Below are positions 7,752 to 16,037 of a DNA stretch of 20,606 nt, in pieces; positions within the stretch are counted from its first letter, which is position 1; the number at the start of each line of letters is the position of its first letter. Under the pieces are notes generated by a model. That model was not told where the DNA came from, did not search any database, and was given only the letters and a program-made list of their open reading frames with translations. The position numbers and the translations under genes are program-made. The DNA comes from Thermotogota bacterium. Its GTDB lineage: Bacteria > Thermotogota > Thermotogae > Petrotogales > Petrotogaceae. The DNA lies in contig JBNJGY010000040.1 of NCBI GenBank assembly GCA_051748045.1, positions 1 through 20,606 of the forward strand, given 5' to 3'.

Positions 7752-8798
7752 ATGAAATTATCTGTTAAAAACATACTAAAAAAATCAAAAAAACTTCCAG
7801 GTGAAATTACTTATACTGGTGATGAAAATAGAAAAGCTTCTATAATAAATATAGCTTATGATGATGAAAAAATTAAAAAAGACATGGATTCCATCCCTGA
7901 GATAAAGAATATTGATAAAAGAAATAATTTAATACATTTCCAGGGAATTTCAGATACCGAAACTCTCAAAAACTTTGGAACTCATGTAGGTATTCATAAA
8001 TTAACTCTTGAAGATATTTCTAATATTAATCAAAGAACAAAATTTGAAGTTTATGAAAATTATGTCTATATCGTAGTAAAATTACCAGAAATAAAAAATG
8101 AAAACCTAAGCTTTTACCAAATAAGTATTGTGTTAATTGGTAATAATTTAATAGTTTTTACAGAAAGAGAATACACTTTTATTCATGATATTATAGAAAG
8201 ACTGGAAAGACATCAGGGAATTATCAGAAGTAAATCAGTTGATTATCTTCTTTATTCTATACTCGATATATTAATAGACGAATATTTTATCGTACTCAAC
8301 AATATAGCTGAAAAATTAGAAGATCTTGACGAACAGGTTACAATTAACCCTCAACAATCTCAGTTACTTGATTTGAAAGAGATAAAACAATCTCTAATCA
8401 TTCTCAAGAAAAACCTGCTTTCTCTTCGTGAAATGAGCATGTTTTTTAATAAAGTAGATAATGAATATATACAAAAAGATAATTTAATATATTATAGAGA
8501 TTTAACAGACCATATTTTACAGATTTCAGATAATCTTGATCTATTAAAAGATACAACAACAAATATTACTGAAATTTATTTATCTCTTATAGGAAATAAA
8601 ACCAATGACATTATGAAAGTACTTACTATTATTTCTACAATTTTTATACCTTTATCTTTTATAGCAGGATTGTACGGTATGAATTTTTCTTATATGCCAG
8701 AACTTAATTGGGATTATGGTTATTTTTATGCCCTTGGTTTAATGGGAGCTATGGTTGTAGTTATGATGATAATTTTTAAAATCAAAAAATGGTTTTAA
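7752..8798 (+). CDS. corA: Magnesium/cobalt transporter CorA
   Basis: YGMNFSYMPEL signature between two C-terminal TM helices; PGEITYTG N-terminus; IHKLTLEDI...QRTK. Confidence 0.96.
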   Translation: MKLSVKNILKKSKKLPGEITYTGDENRKASIINIAYDDEKIKKDMDSIPEIKNIDKRNNLIHFQGISDTETLKNFGTHVGIHKLTLEDISNINQRTKFEVYENYVYIVVKLPEIKNENLSFYQISIVLIGNNLIVFTEREYTFIHDIIERLERHQGIIRSKSVDYLLYSILDILIDEYFIVLNNIAEKLEDLDEQVTINPQQSQLLDLKEIKQSLIILKKNLLSLREMSMFFNKVDNEYIQKDNLIYYRDLTDHILQISDNLDLLKDTTTNITEIYLSLIGNKTNDIMKVLTIISTIFIPLSFIAGLYGMNFSYMPELNWDYGYFYALGLMGAMVVVMMIIFKIKKWF

Positions 8799-8817
8799 AC
8801 CATTTGGAGGTTAAAAT

Positions 8818-10071
8818 ATGAAAAACTATTTGGAAATATTAGAACATTTAGGATATGGAATTATAAAAGGAAAAATTCTTTATAAAAATGAAACCCCGAA
8901 TGATATAAAAATAATTGAATACAATGATAAAGTTAATGACTTTATGTCTAATAATCCTGATGCTAAATTAGAAGATACAGTTAATCAAACTTTCATAAAT
9001 GAACCCATCATGCATAACCTTATTCAAGGGTTCATTAAAAATATAAAATCTATTAATAATAAAACAGTTTGTATTTATAGTGATAAATCAAAAAAATATT
9101 ATGAGATAACTTCATATATCGACAATGATGAAGGTGTTTTTGTTATAAAAGATACCACTGAAAAAAATGAGAAAGATATAGAACTTCAAAAAACAAAAAG
9201 AAGATTAAACATAGCTTTAGATATTGGTAAAATAGGATGGTGGGAATTAAATATTCAGACTGGAAAAATATATTATCATAAAAATAAAGCTGAATTAATT
9301 GGATATACAACAGAAGAATTTCCCAACGATATGTATGAAATAATGGATCTTGTACACCCAGAAGATTATGAACCTACTATGGAAGCTATGAGAAAACATC
9401 TAAGAGGCGAAAAAGACACTTATAATATAGAATATCGTATTAAAGGCAAAGATAATAAATATCATTGGTATTATGATCAAGGCCAAATTATTGAAAGAGA
9501 TATAGAAGGAACCCCTAAAAGCTTAATTGGAGTTATAATGGAAATAACAGAAAGAAAAGAAACTGAACTAAAACTAGAAAAAATTGCTAACTATGATGTT
9601 CTCACAAGCACGTACAATAGAAGAATGGGGCTTATTTTATTAGATGAAAAAATAAAATACGCAAAAAGGCATAAAAGCCATCTTACAATTTGCTTCTTGG
9701 ATCAAGATAACCTCAAAAAAATCAACGATTACCTAGGGCATGATTATGGTGATGAAGCGCTTATTACAATTAGTGACACCATAAAAAATGAAATAAGAGA
9801 ATCTGACATTCTCTGTAGAATGGGTGGGGACGAGTTTTTGATTATCTTTGATGATTGTGATGAAGAAAATGCTCGCGATATAGTAAAAAGAGTTAGAGAA
9901 AGTATCAAAGAAAAAAATAAAGATTTAGATTATAATATTTCTTTTTCTGTAGGTTTTTACGAATACAACGGAAAAGAAGATATTAATATTGATGAGTTTA
10001 TTAAAAAAGCTGATGAAGAAATGTATGAGGAAAAAAATGCAAAAAAACAATACAAACACGATAAAAAATGA
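8818..10071 (+). CDS. PAS/PAC-domain diguanylate cyclase
   Basis: PAS_3-like segment (VHPED...YNIEYRIKGKDNKYHW); DVLT, FLDQDNLKKIND, I-site RESD, intact GGDEF; RBS GGAGG. Confidence 0.92.
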   Translation: MKNYLEILEHLGYGIIKGKILYKNETPNDIKIIEYNDKVNDFMSNNPDAKLEDTVNQTFINEPIMHNLIQGFIKNIKSINNKTVCIYSDKSKKYYEITSYIDNDEGVFVIKDTTEKNEKDIELQKTKRRLNIALDIGKIGWWELNIQTGKIYYHKNKAELIGYTTEEFPNDMYEIMDLVHPEDYEPTMEAMRKHLRGEKDTYNIEYRIKGKDNKYHWYYDQGQIIERDIEGTPKSLIGVIMEITERKETELKLEKIANYDVLTSTYNRRMGLILLDEKIKYAKRHKSHLTICFLDQDNLKKINDYLGHDYGDEALITISDTIKNEIRESDILCRMGGDEFLIIFDDCDEENARDIVKRVRESIKEKNKDLDYNISFSVGFYEYNGKEDINIDEFIKKADEEMYEEKNAKKQYKHDKK

Positions 10072-10092
10072 GGCTTAAGCCTCATTTTTTAT
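10061..10092. terminator. Bidirectional terminator (32-bp perfect palindrome)
   Basis: ATAAAAAATGAGGCTT|AAGCCTCATTTTTTAT overlaps the DGC stop codon and lies between convergent genes. Confidence 0.88.
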
Positions 10093-10100
10093 TATACTCT

Positions 10101-10772
10101 CTATAGTTTTAATAATTCTTGTCTTTTATTTTCATCGAATTTTTCTATAGCATATCTAAGAGCTATCCTTGGCATTTGTTTTTTATTTTTATGAACATAT
10201 TTAAAAACTGTTTCAGGTTCTTTTTGAGATAATATTTTGAGAAGCCATCCATAGCCTTTTAAAACAAGATGATGTTCATCATTCATTAATTTATCAGCTA
10301 TCATCAACGGATCTAACCCTTTATAATCATCTTTTCTTATTGCTAGAATTTGAATAACAGCAGCACCTCTTCTTACCCAAAAATCAGGGTGATTAGTCCA
10401 TTCTAAAGTTCTTGAAAATAAATGCTTATTTTGTCTAATCAGTTCACCAAAAGAATGAGTACAAAAATCATCACAATTCCCCCAACCATTTACATATTCT
10501 TTCAGCCATCTTTCAAAAGTAGGAAATAAATCTTCTGTATAGTGATTTTTCACCCTATAGGACCAATTAAAACCTATGATCCCCGATTCCCATTTTTTTT
10601 GTTTTAATAGTTCTTCGCTTAAAAATAAGATATTATCAAGACTTTTATCTTTTATTTTTCTATAAATATCTTTTGATATTTTTCTCACTTCAGGTGTTCT
10701 AAAATTTTCTTTTTCTGATAATTTGTGATTTACTTCTTCTATAATTTCATGATTTTGTGTGTTTATACCCAT
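10101..10772 (-). CDS. DNA alkylation repair protein (AlkD-like, HEAT-like repeat glycosylase family)
   Basis: VNGWGNCDDF, DFWVRR, LVLKGYGWLLK and MPRIALRYAIEKF motifs. The exact start is uncertain (GTG 10775 or ATG 10772). Confidence 0.85.
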   Translation of the reverse strand: MGINTQNHEIIEEVNHKLSEKENFRTPEVRKISKDIYRKIKDKSLDNILFLSEELLKQKKWESGIIGFNWSYRVKNHYTEDLFPTFERWLKEYVNGWGNCDDFCTHSFGELIRQNKHLFSRTLEWTNHPDFWVRRGAAVIQILAIRKDDYKGLDPLMIADKLMNDEHHLVLKGYGWLLKILSQKEPETVFKYVHKNKKQMPRIALRYAIEKFDENKRQELLKL

Positions 10773-10880
10773 CACCCTTTCTTCATTTAATTTTTGTAAA
10801 GATTAGCGAAGCTAACATAATTTAGTAATATTTTATTTTGCTTATATTCATATAATACCAGAAAAATATTAATTTCAGAT

Positions 10881-10916
10881 AAAAGAAAAACCATTTTGAT
10901 GATATCAAAATGGTTT
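10881..10916 (-). terminator. Intrinsic terminator overlapping the DGC stop codon
   Basis: AAACCATTTTGAT-gat-ATCAAAATGGTTT 13-bp stem (10888-10916), with a U-rich tail on the minus strand. Confidence 0.75.
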
Positions 10917-12122
10917 ATAATTTTGTTTTATAACTTTTTTCTTTTCATACATTTTTATGTCAACTTCAGTTAAAATGTCATCAAAATTCTTATGTTTGTC
11001 TTTATTAAACTCAACAATACCTTCACTAAAACTTATATTAAATGGAGAAAACCTAGATTTATTGTATTCTTCTGCTTCAGAAAAAATCCTTTTATAAATC
11101 TCTTCTGCTTGTTTTTGATTACATTCTGGAAAAAGAATCAAAAATTCGTCTCCACCCATTCTTGCAAAACTATCATCCGATCTTATATTTTTTTTTATAA
11201 AATTTGCGGTTTTTCTCAAAAGACTATCTCCATATTTGTGGCCTAAAGTATCATTAATTTGTTTAAGATAATTAACATCTAAAAAACATATAGAAAAATT
11301 GAAATCTGAATTTTTACTCATCTCAACATATTTTTTTATTTTTTCTAACCCAACTCTTCGGTTGAGAGCCCCTGTCATTTCATCAAAAGTGGCATATTCA
11401 TAAAGTTTCTCTTCGATATATTTTTGTTCTGTTATATCTTCTTGTATGGCGACAAAATTTTCAATTTCACCTTTTTCATTTTTTACGGGTGCTATTATTT
11501 GATGTGCGTAATATTCTTCTCCATTTTTTCTCTTATTTATTATATTATCTTCCCAAGTTTTACCGTTTAAAATAGTTTCCCACATTTTATTATAATAATC
11601 CTTGGTGTTTTCTTCTGATTTCCAAATGTTTGTTTTTTGACCTATTAAATATTCTTCTGAATATTTCGTTATCGCTATTAAAGCTGGATTAACAAATTTG
11701 ATTACTCCATTTATATCTGTTATGTAAATCCCATATCCAGCATCGTTAACTGCTTCTCTAAACATTTTTAATTCTTTTTGTTTTTGTTTTTCTAAAGTAA
11801 TATCTCTAAAATACAATACCTGTCCATTAATGTTCTCATTTTCATCATACAACTTACTTTTGTTTATCTCATAATGAATTTTTTGATTATTATTATCTTT
11901 TACTATAATTTCTGTATTATTTTTATTTTTTATATCTATTATATTTATTAGAGAGAAGTTTAAATCTTCTAATTTTTTATTTATTACTTCGTTTAAGTTA
12001 TAATGCATTTTCTCTAAAAAAGCATTATTTGTATAAATTATATTTTCTTTTTCATCTAATATAAGTAAGGGATCTTTTGAATTTTCTACTATATGTTTAT
12101 AAAAAAGATTAAAATCTCTCAT
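10905..12122 (-). CDS. PAS-PAS-GGDEF diguanylate cyclase
   Basis: Two PAS domains, the second NifL/Aer-like (ITDINGVIKFVNPA...YYNKMWETILNGKTWEDNIINKRKNGEEY); DEMTG, I-site RSDD, intact GGDEF; RBS AAGGAG. Confidence 0.92.
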   Translation of the reverse strand: MRDFNLFYKHIVENSKDPLLILDEKENIIYTNNAFLEKMHYNLNEVINKKLEDLNFSLINIIDIKNKNNTEIIVKDNNNQKIHYEINKSKLYDENENINGQVLYFRDITLEKQKQKELKMFREAVNDAGYGIYITDINGVIKFVNPALIAITKYSEEYLIGQKTNIWKSEENTKDYYNKMWETILNGKTWEDNIINKRKNGEEYYAHQIIAPVKNEKGEIENFVAIQEDITEQKYIEEKLYEYATFDEMTGALNRRVGLEKIKKYVEMSKNSDFNFSICFLDVNYLKQINDTLGHKYGDSLLRKTANFIKKNIRSDDSFARMGGDEFLILFPECNQKQAEEIYKRIFSEAEEYNKSRFSPFNISFSEGIVEFNKDKHKNFDDILTEVDIKMYEKKKVIKQNYKPF

Positions 12123-12155
12123 TTTTAAGACTCCTTTATTTGTATGCGGTTAAAA

Positions 12156-12164
12156 TGATATAAT
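12156..12164 (+). promoter_or_regulatory. Extended -10 promoter for the TPR/beta-barrel gene
   Basis: TG-A-TATAAT in the short divergent intergenic region. Confidence 0.5.
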
Positions 12165-12199
12165 TTACTGAAAAGAATTAATAAAAAGAGGTGATAATT

Positions 12200-13225
12200 T
12201 TGAAAAAAATAAGTTTATTTGTTTTAATTTTGTTCATATCTATTATAACATTCTCTTTTGGATATGACGAACTGTTAAAAGACGCTCAAGAATTCGCATT
12301 TAAAGGTGATTATAAAAAAGCTGAAAATTTATATTCTAAATTGATTGAGGATTTCCAAACTGAGGAATTATTTATATCGTATGCTAATACACTTGCGTGG
12401 CAGGGAAAGTATAACGAAGCTATCAAGCTACTTGATAATTCCGGGATAGAATCAAATCCTATTTTGGAAACGAAAGCTAAAATTTTAATTTGGGCAAAAG
12501 ATTATGAAAAAGGGATTAGAATCTTAGAAAATCTTAAAAACAAGGAGTATGCATTGTCTCCTGACATTCAAGATTTATTGAATGATTATTATAATTTTAA
12601 ATTCAACAACATTTTTGCTAATTACAAAACAGAAGTAGCAGATGAACAATTGTCAAGTGAGTTATCACTAGGTTATACATATAATAATAGAGATAAATAC
12701 AAAATTGGGTTTTCAACCAATTTAGGGTTACTAAATTATTCTTATAACAGTTATTCTTTTCAATCAAATTTCTCTAAAGATATTTTCAATATTTATTTAG
12801 GTTTATCTGATAAACAGTATTATTTCCTGGGTGCTGAACTATATTTAAGCAATTTTATAACAACATATAAAAACTCTTTATATAAAGGGAATGAAGATAT
12901 TTCTCTTAATTTTTCGTTGTTAAATGAAATTTCTTTAGGATATTCTCATTCTTTTGATAGAGGTTATTTAAATGTTTATGGTATATTTATAAACACTACA
13001 GATTTTTTTGAGTCACAAAATGAAAATACTTTTTCTTATTATTTTAAAACAAATTTTAATTTTTTAAATTTCAACACCAATTATAATTTTAATTTTAAAG
13101 ACGTAAATGATTTTAATGTTTCTTACAAGTTTTATTTTGACACGTGGAATATATTATTATCTGGAGAATATAACTTTATTACTGATTCTTTTATGATTGG
13201 TACGGGTTTTGACATCATTTTCTAA
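12200..13225 (+). CDS. Secreted TPR protein with putative C-terminal outer-membrane beta-barrel (YaiO/PgaA/BcsC-like architecture)
   Basis: Signal peptide; TPR helices (YANTLAWQGKYNEAI, KAKILIWAKDYEKGI); aromatic/Gly/Asn alternating strands; terminal Phe (FMIGTGFDIIF). TTG 12200 follows GAGGTG. Confidence 0.65.
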   Translation: MKKISLFVLILFISIITFSFGYDELLKDAQEFAFKGDYKKAENLYSKLIEDFQTEELFISYANTLAWQGKYNEAIKLLDNSGIESNPILETKAKILIWAKDYEKGIRILENLKNKEYALSPDIQDLLNDYYNFKFNNIFANYKTEVADEQLSSELSLGYTYNNRDKYKIGFSTNLGLLNYSYNSYSFQSNFSKDIFNIYLGLSDKQYYFLGAELYLSNFITTYKNSLYKGNEDISLNFSLLNEISLGYSHSFDRGYLNVYGIFINTTDFFESQNENTFSYYFKTNFNFLNFNTNYNFNFKDVNDFNVSYKFYFDTWNILLSGEYNFITDSFMIGTGFDIIF

Positions 13226-16037
13226 AGCCTTTTCTCTTGCTTTTCCCCCAAGATTGCCTATTTCTCATTGAATTAAAATATGAAAATAATCTTATAAAAT
13301 TTTGAAATTGTCTATATCCAAAGTTTTCTAGGATAGAAAAAAGCAGGAGAACTATTGTTTCTCTAAAAGAAAAATAGTTCACTTCATCTTCCGCTATTAT
13401 AAACGAAGAAAGAGACACAACAGTTCCTAGCATTATTACTGCAATAAACAAAAACAAAAAGATTTCCAAACTGACTATATTTAGATATAACCCAATTAAA
13501 AATACCACTATACCGGAAAATTCGAAAATAGGGCCTAAAGCTTCAAAAATAAAATAATATGGTAACCCTATTAACCCCATTGTTCCATAATTTTTATTGA
13601 AAATTTTTTTTCTATGAAAATGTAATATATCTAATAAGCCTTTTTGCCATCTATCTCTTTGAACGAAAAGGCTTAGTATTTTTTCTGGTACTTCTGTCCA
13701 AGCATTTGCATTATATACAAAACTAATTTTGCTTTTACTTTTTCTTTCTTTTATCCCAGAGAGGACTCTTACTACAAGTTCCATATCTTCTCCTAATGTA
13801 TTTTTCCCATATCTTTCAGATTCAGTAAGATACCCTCCTGCTGCTATTGTATCTTTTCTATTGAAAAGCCCAAATGCTCCTGATATAATCAATAAACTAC
13901 TTATACTAGACCAACCAAGTCGTCCAGCTAAAAATGCTCTTATATATTCAATTGTTTGAAATAAAGCTAGTGGATTTTTTGGTATTTTAATTTCTTCGAA
14001 ATATCCTCTATCTGTCTTACTACCATTTACAGGGATAATATTACCGCCCATAGCAGATATTCCCTTTGGCTCATCTATTGTCAATGAAACCAACTTATAC
14101 AAACTATCGCTTTCCAAAATTGAGTCCGCATCGATACCACATACATATTCATTTGATGCTGTATTAATACCTACATTTAGTGAGTCAGCTTTACCACCAT
14201 TCTCTTTGTCAATTACAATTAAATTTGGAATATTTTTATTAACATATATTCCCCTAATAGGTCTAGTTTTAAGTTTCTCAGTAACTACATAATCAACTTT
14301 TTCTAAATAAAAATAAGATTTCAAAGTTTCAAGGGTTGAATCTTTTGAACCATCATTAACCACTACTAGTTCATATCCAGGATAATCAATACTCAAAAGA
14401 GAATTTACACTTTCAACTATATTTTTCTCTTCATTATATGCAGGAGCTATAATTGTTATTGAAGGAAGAATACCTGGTTTTGTTAGCATTTCCATATTTT
14501 TTATATTCCATAACTTTTCTTGCCTATATTTTTCATAATAAGAAAAAAACATCAGAAAAAGATATATAAAGTTCAAAGCTAAAACATAAAAACCAAGATA
14601 AATATTAAAATCAACAACAAATATCTTGAAGTTTTCTTCTGTTGAATTTTGAGCTATAATATCCCCCTTTGTAAATGTAAAAACTAAAATAGGAATTAAA
14701 AAAGTTATAAATAAAAAAAACCATTGAAACTTTATTTTACTCTTCTCATTGGTTACAAAATGAGGAAGCGACTCTGGTTCTAATCTATCTATATTTATTT
14801 TTTCAAGAAGATCATCTTTTAAATAATATGAAAGTTCTTTATTGACATAATCATCTGATTTTACAGTTTTCATAACTGAAATCATTTCTTTTTCAATTTC
14901 TTCAACCTTGTTTTTATTAACAAAATCAATTATTTCACTTGTTTTATGGGCAAACATAATTTCTTTAATTATCTCTTTTGCAAACTCTTTATCTCTAGAC
15001 ATAAGTTTGTACATAAAATAATCTATTCTTAAAGACAATATTCTTGCGTAAGCTTGTTTTTTTAAAGGATTTTTTTCTTTTTTAAATAAATCTACTACAT
15101 TTTCAATAAGTGAAGGGGTAGATCTCAATATGGTGGAAACCGTAGATATTGCTGTTTGATAAACTTTATCATCTGCTAAAAATTCAGATATTTTTTTTAT
15201 TGTTGAAAAATTATTTTTAAAAGCAATAGCTTCAATTGCTTTTTTTCTAATTTCTTCATCTTCATTTTTTAGAAAAAAATCATCATCTAATACTTCAGGA
15301 TAGTTCTCTCTTAAAGCATTTACTGCTAATACTTTAATTTCTTTTGATTTACATTTTGTTGCTTTTTCTATGAGAAAAAATCTAAAAGATTCTTTTGGAA
15401 AAAAGGATGCGAAATTAATTATTAATTTTTGTAGATATTCATCTTCTGTATCAAGTTTATAACTTAAATAATAATACAAATCTCTCCCATAATCTTTAAT
15501 AAGCGATGAAATTTTATCAAAATAAAAAGGAGTTGATCCCTTAATACTTCTTAATAATACAGGTATAGAGTTCTTATTTTTATGTTTCACAATGGCCCAA
15601 GCCATATAAAATTTAACATCTTCTTTCTTTTCTTTTATTAAAGATATTTCCAACTCTTTTAGAACATCAAAATTTATTATATACCCCAAAACCATAGCGG
15701 CTTCTTTTCTTTTTAATTTTGACTTAGAATTGAGGTTTTTAATATATTTCTTATGTACATTGTTGTTTATAAAAATATGTGTTAATTTATTCGCTTCTTC
15801 TTTGTTTAAGTCTATAATTTTTATGTGTTCAATTAACTGATTTAAATGCACCCTGTTTTCAATGTTATAATCTACAGAAATATTCTTAAAATTATCTCCC
15901 ACCAATTTTCTGTAATAATTTTCTTTTTTTCTATATTTTTTCATATAGAATTTTTTTAATAATAGATAAGAAAAAAAGAAAATGTCAATAAACAAAAGTA
16001 CATACATGATAATGAATAAAACTTCTAGTTTAATCAT
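13215..16037 (-). CDS. HEAT-repeat + processive family 2 glycosyltransferase fusion (PgaC/IcaA-like synthase)
   Basis: N-terminal TM, HEAT repeats (KRKEAAMVLG, IRKKAIEAIA), two TMs; then PAYNEE, VNDGSKD, NGGKADSLN, IDADS, SGAFGLF, GEDMEL, QRDRW (13647-13661); C-terminal TMs. Confidence 0.9.
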   Translation of the reverse strand: MIKLEVLFIIMYVLLFIDIFFFSYLLLKKFYMKKYRKKENYYRKLVGDNFKNISVDYNIENRVHLNQLIEHIKIIDLNKEEANKLTHIFINNNVHKKYIKNLNSKSKLKRKEAAMVLGYIINFDVLKELEISLIKEKKEDVKFYMAWAIVKHKNKNSIPVLLRSIKGSTPFYFDKISSLIKDYGRDLYYYLSYKLDTEDEYLQKLIINFASFFPKESFRFFLIEKATKCKSKEIKVLAVNALRENYPEVLDDDFFLKNEDEEIRKKAIEAIAFKNNFSTIKKISEFLADDKVYQTAISTVSTILRSTPSLIENVVDLFKKEKNPLKKQAYARILSLRIDYFMYKLMSRDKEFAKEIIKEIMFAHKTSEIIDFVNKNKVEEIEKEMISVMKTVKSDDYVNKELSYYLKDDLLEKINIDRLEPESLPHFVTNEKSKIKFQWFFLFITFLIPILVFTFTKGDIIAQNSTEENFKIFVVDFNIYLGFYVLALNFIYLFLMFFSYYEKYRQEKLWNIKNMEMLTKPGILPSITIIAPAYNEEKNIVESVNSLLSIDYPGYELVVVNDGSKDSTLETLKSYFYLEKVDYVVTEKLKTRPIRGIYVNKNIPNLIVIDKENGGKADSLNVGINTASNEYVCGIDADSILESDSLYKLVSLTIDEPKGISAMGGNIIPVNGSKTDRGYFEEIKIPKNPLALFQTIEYIRAFLAGRLGWSSISSLLIISGAFGLFNRKDTIAAGGYLTESERYGKNTLGEDMELVVRVLSGIKERKSKSKISFVYNANAWTEVPEKILSLFVQRDRWQKGLLDILHFHRKKIFNKNYGTMGLIGLPYYFIFEALGPIFEFSGIVVFLIGLYLNIVSLEIFLFLFIAVIMLGTVVSLSSFIIAEDEVNYFSFRETIVLLLFSILENFGYRQFQNFIRLFSYFNSMRNRQSWGKSKRKGFRK

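Noticed and set aside
10061-10092. 32-bp perfect palindrome as a mobile-element end or recombination site
   Set aside because: Its A-tract/stem/T-tract form between convergent stop codons is fully explained by a bidirectional terminator.
10803-10815. TTAGC-GAA-GCTAA mini-hairpin upstream of the AlkD-like gene as an SOS or Ada-type operator
   Set aside because: Only a 5-bp stem, it does not match a LexA box I recognise, and there is no matching copy upstream of polB.
13030-13110. Low-complexity AATTTT-like repeats
   Set aside because: They encode alternating Asn/Phe residues of predicted beta-strands and are not an independent DNA repeat.
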